Shown: positions 10,026 through 19,106 of the stretch, piece after piece | How positions within the stretch are numbered: position 1 is the stretch's first letter | Layout: each line of letters begins with the position of its first letter | Virus record (IMG/VR): IMGVR_UViG_3300019487_000017 | Source of the DNA: a virus | Direction: 5' to 3' (one strand) | Length of the DNA stretch: 41,584 nucleotides | Position numbers and translations under genes: made by a program | The notes under the pieces: generated by a model | Database searches by the model: none | Told to the model about the DNA's origin: nothing | The model's input: only the letters and a program-made list of their open reading frames with translations

Positions 10026-10630
10026 TTATTGGGGCAGGAAAAAGCATTTTAGATTATAAAGATAAAATAAAAGCTTTCATTGAAAAGCATGATCCGGTTA
10101 CTATTGGAATAAATAAAATCACAGATATTTTTATCCCGAAATATCATGTATGGACAAATCGGCAACGATGGGGAGCTTTTGGAGAATGTACATCAGAGAA
10201 ATCTATTTTGCTAGTTGGAAAATCTATAACAGATAATGCTATTAAAAAAAAATACAATGGAACGATTAATCGTATTGATTATGTTGACGCTCCTAATACC
10301 CCCATACAGTTTAAGGAAAATGTCATTTATGGTTTCTTTCGTACTGCAGGAGTATTGTCAATTATGATTGCTCATGTAATGGGATCTAGTGAAATTTATA
10401 TTGTTGGTATGGATGGTTATACTTTGCATTCTGAAAATGATTTAAAAGAAAATAAACATTCACATCATTGTTATGGGAAAGGCTATACTGATGATGCGGA
10501 TTGGAAAAAATGTGTTTTAAAAGACAGACAGGTTGACTTAGCGTTGCATGATTTAGCAACAGCAGGTGTTGAATTTTCTATTATAACACCTACTAAATTT
10601 AAAGATTTTTATAAAAGTGGTATTATATGA
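9986..10630 (+). CDS. DUF115/Maf-like Rossmann protein
   Basis: FLIIGAGKSI, TIGIN, IAHVMGSSEIYIVGMDG. Confidence 0.65.
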   Translation: MQLYRCENGRKFLIIGAGKSILDYKDKIKAFIEKHDPVTIGINKITDIFIPKYHVWTNRQRWGAFGECTSEKSILLVGKSITDNAIKKKYNGTINRIDYVDAPNTPIQFKENVIYGFFRTAGVLSIMIAHVMGSSEIYIVGMDGYTLHSENDLKENKHSHHCYGKGYTDDADWKKCVLKDRQVDLALHDLATAGVEFSIITPTKFKDFYKSGII

Positions 10631-11241
10631 TACCTAGTATTAATCCTCCAACAAATGAAGACATTGAAGTATTATGTTGCTTTTGTAGGAACCTTCCAAA
10701 AAATTGCATAGTATTAGAAACGGGCGCTGGAGACTCTACTGAGCATATTGCTAAATCTATCAAGCCTCTTGGAGGCAAACTCTATACAATCGATGCTTCT
10801 ATAAAAGAGGATAAAGAAAAAGATAATATCGTATGTATATCTGGATGGTCAGTAAGTTATAAAGATTTGCCAAAACCAACAGATCCTGATTTTGTTAAAT
10901 CAAAGTATAAAGATTGTGTAGATCACGAGATGGTGTTTTTAGGTAAAGAATATATGCCAGGCAAAACAGATATGATTAGGGAAACAGTTAAAAAAATCGG
11001 ACCTAATTTCGATATGTTCTTTTGTGATACAGGAGAATATTGTGGTTTGCCAGAATTTCGTATTTTGGAAGAATTAAATTTTGTAAAAATTGGTGGCTTC
11101 TTTGCTGCGCATGATATTTATTATCCTAAAAGCGTAAAAAACTACCGAACGTTAAAAATATTAAAGAAATCTGATAAATGGAAAATATTAAAACAAACAA
11201 AAACTCAACAAGGGCTAGTTATAGCGGAAAGGTTAAAATGA
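10627..11241 (+). CDS. class I SAM-dependent methyltransferase-like
   Basis: VLETGAGDST, YTID, FDMFFCDTG, GGFFAAHD. Confidence 0.65.
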   Translation: MIPSINPPTNEDIEVLCCFCRNLPKNCIVLETGAGDSTEHIAKSIKPLGGKLYTIDASIKEDKEKDNIVCISGWSVSYKDLPKPTDPDFVKSKYKDCVDHEMVFLGKEYMPGKTDMIRETVKKIGPNFDMFFCDTGEYCGLPEFRILEELNFVKIGGFFAAHDIYYPKSVKNYRTLKILKKSDKWKILKQTKTQQGLVIAERLK

Positions 11242-12002
11242 CCACATTACCTATTGACGATAAAACATTTACAGGAATTATTCCAGCGCGTTATGCTTCT
11301 TCTCGTTTACCAGGAAAAGTTTTATGCGATCTAGATGGTAAACCTATGATTCAAAGAGTTTATGAGTCTGTAAAAAAATGGCCTAATTGGACAAGATTAT
11401 TAGTAGCTACAGATTCTGATATTGTAGTAAATGCTTGTAAGGACTTAGGTATCGAATCAATGATAACAAGCGATAAACATTTGGATTGTTTGGACAGATC
11501 TGCAGAAGTGGCACAAACTCTTGAAAATGAAGGTAAAGGAACTGATAGATACATCATAATACAGGGTGATGAACCTTTATTTAATATTAAAACATTAGAG
11601 GCGGATTATTCACATGAAGTTATTAATTTCTATACCGAGGTTCAGGATCCAGAAGAATTAGATAATAGAAATGCGGTAAAAGTTGTGGTTTCTGATTGTG
11701 ATACAGCTGTTTATTTTTCGAGATTGACTTTGCCTTTTGATGGAGAAAAAACTAGAAGATCTACATCCCCTAGAGTGGTGTATAAGCAAATTGGTGTTTA
11801 TGCATTTAGTGGGAGAAGACTAAAATTATATGCTTCATCGAAACCTAGCTACTTAGAATGCATGGAAGGAATAGGGTTAAATCGTTTCATTTCATATAAT
11901 ATACCTATAGTCATGCAATATACTCCCTTTGATAGCATTAGTGTCGATACTGAAGAAGATAGACTACGTATTATAAAGCTTATTAAAAATGAACAAAATT
12001 AA
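11238..12002 (+). CDS. kdsB: CMP-Kdo synthetase-like (3-deoxy-manno-octulosonate cytidylyltransferase)
   Basis: IIPARYASSRLPGK, VATD, QGDEP, VKVV, YFSR, IGVYAF, SVDTEED; start moved to ATG 11238. Confidence 0.85.
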   Translation: MTTLPIDDKTFTGIIPARYASSRLPGKVLCDLDGKPMIQRVYESVKKWPNWTRLLVATDSDIVVNACKDLGIESMITSDKHLDCLDRSAEVAQTLENEGKGTDRYIIIQGDEPLFNIKTLEADYSHEVINFYTEVQDPEELDNRNAVKVVVSDCDTAVYFSRLTLPFDGEKTRRSTSPRVVYKQIGVYAFSGRRLKLYASSKPSYLECMEGIGLNRFISYNIPIVMQYTPFDSISVDTEEDRLRIIKLIKNEQN

Positions 12003-12762
12003 AGAAGCATTAAGGTCTGGTAAACATTCTATCGGCACCTGGATGCAAATCCCGAATACGGAAGTTGCAGAGATATTATCAACTGTTGGATTTGATTGGA
12101 TATGTCTTGATTTAGAACATGGTTTTTTCTCTCTAGCTGACGTTGCACATATATTTAGTGTTTTAGAAAAAAGAGATATCGAGACAGTTGTTAGATTACC
12201 ATTAAATGATCCCATTTGGATCCGAAGAGTTTTAGATATAGGGGCGAGGACAATCATTGTGCCATTTATTAATAATGCATCGGAAGCTGAACAAGCTATG
12301 TTATATGCAAAGTATCCGCCGGAGGGTAAAAGAGGATTTGGATACTGTCGAGCAAATAACTATGGAAATGAATTTGATCATTATGCCAAGATTTCTAATG
12401 AAGAAATTGCAATTATTGCTCAGATAGAGCATCAAGATGCTATATTGAATTTAAAGAGTATTTGCGAATGCAAATATATAGATGCAACTTTTATTGGACC
12501 TTATGACCTGAGTGGTTCAATAAATTCGGTTGGTCCAGGCAATTTTGAGCATCCAGATTTTCAGCAGATGATACAAGATTATTTAGATACGTCAAAAAAA
12601 ATGAATAAACCAACAGGAATGCATTTGGTGAAGCCCGATACTATATCTATTCAAAATGTTATATCTAAATATCAATTTATAGCTTTGGGAACTGATGCTA
12701 TATTTATGCGGAATGCAGCCGTATCTGCTATTATGCAAACAAAAGGATCTATAAAAATTTGA
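11989..12762 (+). CDS. HpcH/HpaI class II pyruvate aldolase
   Basis: GFDWICLDLEHG, RRVLDIGA, KYPPEGKRG, QIE, FIGPYDLS. Confidence 0.9.
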   Translation: MNKIKEALRSGKHSIGTWMQIPNTEVAEILSTVGFDWICLDLEHGFFSLADVAHIFSVLEKRDIETVVRLPLNDPIWIRRVLDIGARTIIVPFINNASEAEQAMLYAKYPPEGKRGFGYCRANNYGNEFDHYAKISNEEIAIIAQIEHQDAILNLKSICECKYIDATFIGPYDLSGSINSVGPGNFEHPDFQQMIQDYLDTSKKMNKPTGMHLVKPDTISIQNVISKYQFIALGTDAIFMRNAAVSAIMQTKGSIKI

Positions 12763-12782
12763 ATGTGATTATAGGATAATGT

Positions 12783-13034
12783 ATGAGAGCAATAGATACA
12801 CAAGGTGTATTAAATGATGTAATGTCGGATCCAGCGAGAAAAATACCGAAAGCTCATTTGAATTCTGTATGTAAGATTCATTGCGGTTCTGAAACCTGTC
12901 GATACATAGGACTCGGTATATACGGGTATGTTTGCGTTAAGAATAGTCGGATGCAAACAGCCCTGGACAATCTTTGTGATGAGCAAAAGTTGACGGCTAC
13001 TGGCGATAATTGTGAAGGACTCAAAACAACTTAA
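12783..13034 (+). CDS. small Cys-rich hypothetical protein
   Basis: AGGA RBS; CKIHCGSETCRY...CVK...GDNCEG. Confidence 0.6.
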   Translation: MRAIDTQGVLNDVMSDPARKIPKAHLNSVCKIHCGSETCRYIGLGIYGYVCVKNSRMQTALDNLCDEQKLTATGDNCEGLKTT

Positions 13035-13058
13035 CAATTTGAGTCTTTAGAGGTTTTT

Positions 13059-13376
13059 GTGGCTAAAAAAACGAAAGATACGAAACTAAAAAAGAAAACA
13101 AGAACACGAAAAACAAAACAACAAATAATAAAAAAAATAACAATGGAAGAAGTTTATAGACTTCTTAATCGTGTTCAAGTAAATAAAAAAAGTGTTCATT
13201 TTGTCCTTTCTCCAGAGGATGCTTTAATTGCATCTAATGTAATAACAGATTTAGGTCTACCGTGTACAAGTACGGAAATAGATGAAACAGCCATGAGTTT
13301 TACAATTGAACCTCTTCCTGAAGAAGAAATGGTAGAAGATTTCGATGATGACGTTTTTGAACTTTTTACATCATGA
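13059..13376 (+). CDS. hypothetical protein (basic N-terminus, acidic C-terminus)
   Basis: GAGG RBS before GTG; stop overlaps next start (ATGA). Confidence 0.65.
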   Translation: MAKKTKDTKLKKKTRTRKTKQQIIKKITMEEVYRLLNRVQVNKKSVHFVLSPEDALIASNVITDLGLPCTSTEIDETAMSFTIEPLPEEEMVEDFDDDVFELFTS

Positions 13377-14269
13377 ACCCTGAAACAGAAACATTTTTAA
13401 ATTCGCTCCAAAATGCACCAGATTATTTAGTGGTTGCTGGTAGCAAATTATTTGGTACGCATCGAGACAATAGCGATGATGATTTTAGGGGATTTGTTCT
13501 ACCAGATTTTAAAACAGTTATTAACGCAACTGATTATATACCGGACGGGCATCCCGATTTTGATTTTAAAGTAGTGGATTTAAGAGAGTATTTCTCCTTG
13601 ATTTTGAAAGGGGATCCTCATTCTCTTGAAATTTTATTTGCTCCATTAGAAAAAGTAATTTTTAAATCAAGTATTGCAGACACCATTTTATCTCAACGTG
13701 ATAAATTCCTTTCTGCGGTTATCTTTAAACGTTTCATGGGTTTTGCATTGAGTGAATGGCGCAAAGCCCGTGGGGAACGTATGATAATTGAACAGTCAAC
13801 TAATGAAGAAAAGCGAGTTATTTCGCTAATTAGTGAAACTTTTCAATTAGATAAACCGGACATGGATGAAGTTGTAAATATTCTGACATCCAAGAAAAAG
13901 AAAACGATTATTAGTTCTCGTGTTAGGTTAGGTAAGAAAAGAGGGGCAGAATTTGAGAAATACGGATTTGGTGTTACTTCAGCTGCGCATACTATTCGTT
14001 TATGCCAAGAAGTAAAAGAAGTGCTTTCTACAGGTACTATTACTTTTCCACGACCAAATGCAAAGTTTTTATTGGATATCAGATTAGGCAAATACTCTTT
14101 GGAAGAATTAGAAAAGATTTACAATGAATGTGTTTCTGATGCTGAAGAGGCGTACAAAAATACAGTATTACCACCAAAAGTAGATCATGGATTCCTGATG
14201 AAACTGTACTATGATATTGTTTCTTCTACTTTTCAGCAGAATATCTTAAATCGTTCTGGTTCGATATAA
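13373..14269 (+). CDS. DNA polymerase beta superfamily nucleotidyltransferase (PF10127/RlaP-like)
   Basis: AGSKLFGTHRDNSDDDFRG (GS..DxD), AHTIRL, FPRP...LLDIR.G, LP..VD. Confidence 0.8.
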   Translation: MNPETETFLNSLQNAPDYLVVAGSKLFGTHRDNSDDDFRGFVLPDFKTVINATDYIPDGHPDFDFKVVDLREYFSLILKGDPHSLEILFAPLEKVIFKSSIADTILSQRDKFLSAVIFKRFMGFALSEWRKARGERMIIEQSTNEEKRVISLISETFQLDKPDMDEVVNILTSKKKKTIISSRVRLGKKRGAEFEKYGFGVTSAAHTIRLCQEVKEVLSTGTITFPRPNAKFLLDIRLGKYSLEELEKIYNECVSDAEEAYKNTVLPPKVDHGFLMKLYYDIVSSTFQQNILNRSGSI

Positions 14270-14278
14270 ACTAGTATT

Positions 14279-14317
14279 GTGACTTCTGTGCAGATATATT
14301 ACTGCTACAGAGGTTAT
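14279..14317 (+). promoter_or_regulatory. hairpin sequestering the RBS of the downstream methyltransferase
   Basis: gtgacttctgt-gcag pairs with ctgc-(t)-acagaggttat; the AGAGG RBS at 14309-14313 lies in the stem. Confidence 0.45.
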
Positions 14318-14318
14318 T

Positions 14319-15278
14319 GTGCATAATATTTTTAACGAAGATGCAATAGAGAAAGCATCTGAACGAATAGTACCTGGAACGGTTGATTTAGTAATCAATG
14401 ACCCTCCTTTTGGTATTGGAGAAGGTAAATTTGATCGTCACTATAGTCGGGATGAAGATTATGTTCTAACCGGCTATAAAGAAGCCCCTCCAGATTACGC
14501 TATCTTTACACATGAATGGATGAAAAAAGCCCATGAGGTCTTAAAACCTTCTGGATCTATGTTTGTTTTCATTGGGCATACTAATTTACGACATGTTTTG
14601 AATTCTGCTGCTGAGTTAGGTTTAGTTGAAGTTAATCATTTAATTTGGAAATATAATTTTGGCGTTTATACCAAACGTAAGTTTGTCACATCTCATTATC
14701 ATCTGCTTTATTATAGTAAAACAGCAAAACGTAAATTTAACACTTATGCTAGATTCGCGTGGGATGAAAAACAAGCCGATGGTTCTTCTGTTCTTTATAG
14801 AGATTTGGAAGATGTCTTTATCATAAATAAAGAGTATCAACCAAAGACGGTTAAGAATAAAAATAAGTTACCAGATTCCCTAATAGAAAAACTAATACTT
14901 TATACTACAGATCCGGGCGATATCGTTTGTGATTTCTTTTTGGGAAATTTCACGACCGCACTAGTCGCTCATTCTTTGGGACGAATACCTTGTGGTTTTG
15001 AAATAAATGATCTTGCTTATAAATTAGGGATGGAACGGCTAAATAACACAATACAAGGTGGGAGACTGGGAGAATTGAAGCCAGTTATAAATAATCTTCC
15101 CGAGAACCAAGGAAAACCATTTTCAAAAAGTGAGATAAAAGAGATTTGCAAGATATATAATAAACAAAAAAGCTCGAATGTGGTTAGAAGACAGATTATA
15201 GATGACTTATCGTTTAAATTTGGCAGGGGGAAGTTTAGTATAAGTAATACGATTTGTAAACATTGTGTCAGATCGTAA
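14319..15278 (+). CDS. N6-adenine/N4-cytosine DNA methyltransferase (beta class), orphan
   Basis: DPPF motif IV precedes DFFLGNFTT motif I; GFEIN; no restriction nuclease adjacent. Confidence 0.85.
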   Translation: MHNIFNEDAIEKASERIVPGTVDLVINDPPFGIGEGKFDRHYSRDEDYVLTGYKEAPPDYAIFTHEWMKKAHEVLKPSGSMFVFIGHTNLRHVLNSAAELGLVEVNHLIWKYNFGVYTKRKFVTSHYHLLYYSKTAKRKFNTYARFAWDEKQADGSSVLYRDLEDVFIINKEYQPKTVKNKNKLPDSLIEKLILYTTDPGDIVCDFFLGNFTTALVAHSLGRIPCGFEINDLAYKLGMERLNNTIQGGRLGELKPVINNLPENQGKPFSKSEIKEICKIYNKQKSSNVVRRQIIDDLSFKFGRGKFSISNTICKHCVRS

Positions 15279-15681
15279 TAAGAAAGAAGATATGCGTAAG
15301 GAATACGAAAATATTGCTAAGCATTATTGTAAGGTTGCTAATTTTAAATCTGCTTCTCAAGAAGAGAAAGACGGCATGATAGGTATCGCATGCGTTTTAG
15401 CTTTTATGAGAGGTGAAGAACCGATTGCAGACCGTTTAGCAGCAAATGTAGGATTGGATTTAGAAGAGATACAGACTGTTTATAATAGACTGTTGGTGAA
15501 TGGTCTATTTTCAAATAGATTGAATATCAAAAATGATCCCGTTCTGGTTGGTACTACAACAGATATTGAAGTCCCGTTTGGTTCTTCCAAGTATTCATTT
15601 AAATCTTTTGAACAGACACGTAATGCTTGGTGTTTGATTGCAGGAATTGCATCAAATGTAACTGGACTTAGAGATAATTAA
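15265..15681 (+). CDS. hypothetical protein (possible winged helix)
   Basis: ORF overlapping the upstream stop; LAANVGLDLEEIQTVYNRLLVNGLF is HTH-like. Confidence 0.6.
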   Translation: MSDRNKKEDMRKEYENIAKHYCKVANFKSASQEEKDGMIGIACVLAFMRGEEPIADRLAANVGLDLEEIQTVYNRLLVNGLFSNRLNIKNDPVLVGTTTDIEVPFGSSKYSFKSFEQTRNAWCLIAGIASNVTGLRDN

Positions 15682-15689
15682 TATTATTT

Positions 15690-15718
15690 ATGAAATGTGG
15701 CTGTTTAATTAGTATATT
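15690..15718 (+). promoter_or_regulatory. possible sigma70/sigmaA-type promoter
   Basis: ATGAAA-N17-TATATT upstream of a monocistronic ORF; AT-rich background weakens the call. Confidence 0.3.
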
Positions 15719-15757
15719 TATTTAATCAAGGGTATTTCCCTTAATAGGAGTTTAGTT

Positions 15758-16018
15758 ATGCGTAGACAGATGAGAATTACAAAGAGAGGAATTAATAGCA
15801 AGCGTCATACTGTTGGCTACCTTGTTGGTGGGAAATGGCGTACACGCAATGAGACAGTTCGCCTTGCTCAACAGGGGAGAGTACATGGTGTTGTAGTTCG
15901 TAACAATGGACCATATCAGAGATATGTAGCTTCTATTCCTAGCCCATATGCTGATAATCTTTATGATCTTCCTGTTCGTATCGGAAGAGATATTAATGAT
16001 ATTCGTCGCAGTCATTAA
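15758..16018 (+). CDS. DUF3892-like small basic protein
   Basis: AGGAG RBS; TR.E.V..A..G...GV.V...Y..S.P....DNL..LP pattern. Confidence 0.6.
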   Translation: MRRQMRITKRGINSKRHTVGYLVGGKWRTRNETVRLAQQGRVHGVVVRNNGPYQRYVASIPSPYADNLYDLPVRIGRDINDIRRSH

Positions 16019-16031
16019 TAGATCATTTCTT

Positions 16032-16078
16032 AAGCGTTAGCTGTCTGTGGTAACTAGGTGGGCAGCTAACGCTTTTTC
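16032..16078 (+). terminator. intrinsic terminator
   Basis: aagcgttagctgtct / gggcagctaacgctt 15-bp stem running into a T-tract. Confidence 0.8.
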
Positions 16079-16094
16079 TCTATATAGGTACTAT

Positions 16095-16688
16095 ATGCCA
16101 GCGGTAGCTTTAGTAGATTTAGATGGAACATTAGCAGATTACGATGGAGCTATGCTTCGCGATATGTCAGCGTTAGCTGGACCTAATGAAGAAGATTATC
16201 TACCATATACTAGAAGTAGTAAACCTTATATTATCTCAAGAGAGAATTTAATAAAAAGAATACCTGGATGGTGGTCTTCTCTTCATCCCATTGAAGAAAA
16301 TATGGCGTTAGTTCATGCTATGAAAGATATTGGTTTTTGTATTCATATACTTACCAAAGGACCATCTTCAAAAAGTCAAGCATGGGCAGAGAAAGTTGAA
16401 TGGACAAGAAAATGGTTGCCTTTTGCCTCGATTACAGTGACTGAAGATAAACAACTAGTTTATGGTAAAATTCTATTTGACGATTTTCCTGAATATCAAG
16501 AGAGATGGTTAAAATTTCGACCTCGTGGATTAGGTATTGTTCCATTAAAAGAATCTAATAAACATTTTAAACATCCAAATGTCGTATTCTATGATGGAAA
16601 GAATTTAAGAGAGATCAAAGAGATGCTTCAGGAAGTATATAGAAAGTCTCTTGAAAAAGATAATACAAATAATGAACCTAAAATATAG
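16095..16688 (+). CDS. 5'(3')-deoxyribonucleotidase (NT5C-type HAD)
   Basis: VDLDGTLADY, ILT, EKVEW, DK..V.G.ILFDD; start moved to ATG 16095, downstream of the terminator. Confidence 0.85.
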   Translation: MPAVALVDLDGTLADYDGAMLRDMSALAGPNEEDYLPYTRSSKPYIISRENLIKRIPGWWSSLHPIEENMALVHAMKDIGFCIHILTKGPSSKSQAWAEKVEWTRKWLPFASITVTEDKQLVYGKILFDDFPEYQERWLKFRPRGLGIVPLKESNKHFKHPNVVFYDGKNLREIKEMLQEVYRKSLEKDNTNNEPKI

Positions 16689-16693
16689 ATATT

Positions 16694-18697
16694 ATGTCTA
16701 ACAAATTAGTTATCATAGAATCGCCGGGAAAACTAAAATCTTATCGTAAGTATCTTCCAGCAAATTACAATGTATTGGCGTCTGTTGGTCATATTTATGA
16801 TTTGCCCCCTAAAGATATTGGTGTAGATATTGACAATAATTTTACTCCTACATTTGTAGTAATGAAGGGTAAAGAAGATACATTAAAAGAGATTAAATCT
16901 GCTGCTGCTAAAGCAGATGAAGTTTTAATTGCAACAGACCCTGATCGCGAAGGCGCTGGAATAGGTTGGAACATTGCTCAAAATCTACCAAAAGGTAAAA
17001 AAGTCAAACGTATAAAGACTCAATCTATAACAAAAGCTGGTATAGAGACGGCTATATCTCAAGCAACAGATTTATCTACTGAAAAGAATTTAGTAGAAGC
17101 ATTTAATACACGTCGTATATTAGATCGCATTTGTGGATGGAAAACGTCTTTTTTAGTTAAACGAGCCACTGGGGGAACATCGGCGGGAAGAACGCAATCA
17201 GCTGGACTTAGGGTTTTAGCAGAAAGAGAAAAAGAAATTGCTGCGTTTGTTCCTGAAGAATACTGGCCTATATGGGCAGATTTATTAAGAGAACAAGGAA
17301 ACGACAGGATACTTGCTTTTATCAAAAAACCTAATGAGCGTGATATTAAAAATGGAGAAGAAGCACAGAAAATTGTTGATGTAATTAAAAAAGGTCCAGC
17401 TATCGTTTCAAAATTTGAAAAGAAAGAGATTGCAACCCGTGCAAACGCTCCTTTTACCACTTCAACAATGTATCAAGCAGCTGGCGGAGCATTTGGTTGG
17501 AAATCAGATAAAACAGCAAGCGTTGCACAGAGCCTTTATGAAGCTGGTGTAATTACATACCATCGTACTGATTCTACGTTCTTAGTACCGGAATTTGTTA
17601 CTGCAGTTAGAGAAATGATATTGTCGGAATATGGTAAACCATATGTTCCAACTGCCATAAATTCATTTGGTGTTTCTAAAAATGCTCAAGAAGCTCATGA
17701 AGCTTGTAGAGTAACTAACTTGGCTAACAAAGATTATTTATCAGGTACATCAGATGAAGCCAAACTTTACAAAATGATCTGGAAACGCTCAGTTTCATGT
17801 CAAATGTCAGAGTTGCGCAAGTTAGCTATATCTGCAGAATTTAAAGTACAAGAATATCTGTTAAGCGCAACAGGATCTAAGTTACTTTTTGATGGATGGC
17901 GTAAAGTTTGGGATTATGGTGATATAACTGATACAATGCTCCCTGAGCTTGTAGTAGGGGAAAAATTTAAAGTTTTGGATGTTAAGACAGAACAAAAATT
18001 CACCGAGCCTCCTCCTAGATATAATGAACGATCTTTTATAAAAAAACTCGAACAAGAAGGCATAGGTCGTCCTTCTACTTATGCTGCAATTCCAAAAACT
18101 CTTTCTGCTAGACAGTATATAGATAATGGAAAGAATATTATAGTCACTCCATTGGGTATGAAAGTAAATGATTTTCTGGCAGAACACGGTTTTTGTTTTG
18201 CCGAGATACAATTTACGGCTGGAATGGAAGAGAAACTAGATGATATAGCAACAAATAAAAAAAATAAGATCGATGTTCTTAATGAATTCTGGAATCGTTT
18301 AAAAACAGATATAGATAAAGCTAAAACGTTTAAGAAAGACAAGATACTTACAACCTTTAAGTGTTTGGCTTGCGATAATTTTCTTGAAAAGAAGACTTCT
18401 CGTTACGGAGACTTCTATGGATGTTCCACATATCCAAAGTGTAAGGAAACTTATTTAATAGGCGAAGATGGGAATCCTGTTAAGAAGAAACCTAAAGAAT
18501 ATGCTGAATTTGAATGTCCAAAATGTAAAAAGAAAATGATTAAGAGACAGGGAAAGTATGGAGACTTTTATGGGTGTAGTGGATTTCCAAAATGCAAAAC
18601 AATGTGTGATCTCGAAGGAAAGATGATAGAAACGAAAAAATCATTTAAAAAATTCCCAAGAAAGAAAAAATCCCAAGATGAAGGGCTTGATTCATAA
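16694..18697 (+). CDS. topA: DNA topoisomerase I (type IA) with C-terminal zinc ribbons
   Basis: IIESPGK, ASVGHI, ATDPDREG, SAGRTQS, ITYHRTDS, AQEAHEA, GIGRPSTYA, two C4 ribbons. Confidence 0.95.
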   Translation: MSNKLVIIESPGKLKSYRKYLPANYNVLASVGHIYDLPPKDIGVDIDNNFTPTFVVMKGKEDTLKEIKSAAAKADEVLIATDPDREGAGIGWNIAQNLPKGKKVKRIKTQSITKAGIETAISQATDLSTEKNLVEAFNTRRILDRICGWKTSFLVKRATGGTSAGRTQSAGLRVLAEREKEIAAFVPEEYWPIWADLLREQGNDRILAFIKKPNERDIKNGEEAQKIVDVIKKGPAIVSKFEKKEIATRANAPFTTSTMYQAAGGAFGWKSDKTASVAQSLYEAGVITYHRTDSTFLVPEFVTAVREMILSEYGKPYVPTAINSFGVSKNAQEAHEACRVTNLANKDYLSGTSDEAKLYKMIWKRSVSCQMSELRKLAISAEFKVQEYLLSATGSKLLFDGWRKVWDYGDITDTMLPELVVGEKFKVLDVKTEQKFTEPPPRYNERSFIKKLEQEGIGRPSTYAAIPKTLSARQYIDNGKNIIVTPLGMKVNDFLAEHGFCFAEIQFTAGMEEKLDDIATNKKNKIDVLNEFWNRLKTDIDKAKTFKKDKILTTFKCLACDNFLEKKTSRYGDFYGCSTYPKCKETYLIGEDGNPVKKKPKEYAEFECPKCKKKMIKRQGKYGDFYGCSGFPKCKTMCDLEGKMIETKKSFKKFPRKKKSQDEGLDS

Positions 18698-19103
18698 TTT
18701 ATATTGCGGATCATATTTGCAAGATAACGGTGATTGTTTATTGGATTGTTACCATAATGATAAGGGTATTAATTTAGTATTTTGTAACTTGGATATAGAT
18801 GTTTATTATCAATGGATAATTCATTATCCAGCAATCCAATTATATGTTTCTTCACCTGCTAAAGATAATAAGAAAACCGAATCCTTTTTTCCAAGACGAA
18901 AGATAGTAGGATTAAGATCAGGATATTATACATGTGATGAATATCATTGTAGATTAATGATACATCAACATGACGATGGAGTACGCCTCATTTGTGAGGA
19001 TCACCAAATGGATTTATATTATTATTGGAAAGTTGATGACAAGAAAGTTTCTAAATTCCAAATGGGAACAGCATGTGATTTAGATGGTATTATAGGATGG
19101 TAA
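18678..19103 (+). CDS. hypothetical protein (apparent internal duplication)
   Basis: C.L...H.D.G..L.....D.YY.W appears twice. Confidence 0.55.
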   Translation: MKGLIHNLYCGSYLQDNGDCLLDCYHNDKGINLVFCNLDIDVYYQWIIHYPAIQLYVSSPAKDNKKTESFFPRRKIVGLRSGYYTCDEYHCRLMIHQHDDGVRLICEDHQMDLYYYWKVDDKKVSKFQMGTACDLDGIIGW

Positions 19104-19106
19104 ATT

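Noticed and set aside
2-12762. Ordinary bacterial LPS/capsule locus
   Set aside because: No membrane export or polymerase genes in the window and flanking genes are phage-like; not fully excluded because the cluster is cut by the window edge.
16047-16094. GTG-start N-terminal extension of the nucleotidase
   Set aside because: Runs through the terminator hairpin; the HAD motif begins right after ATG 16095.
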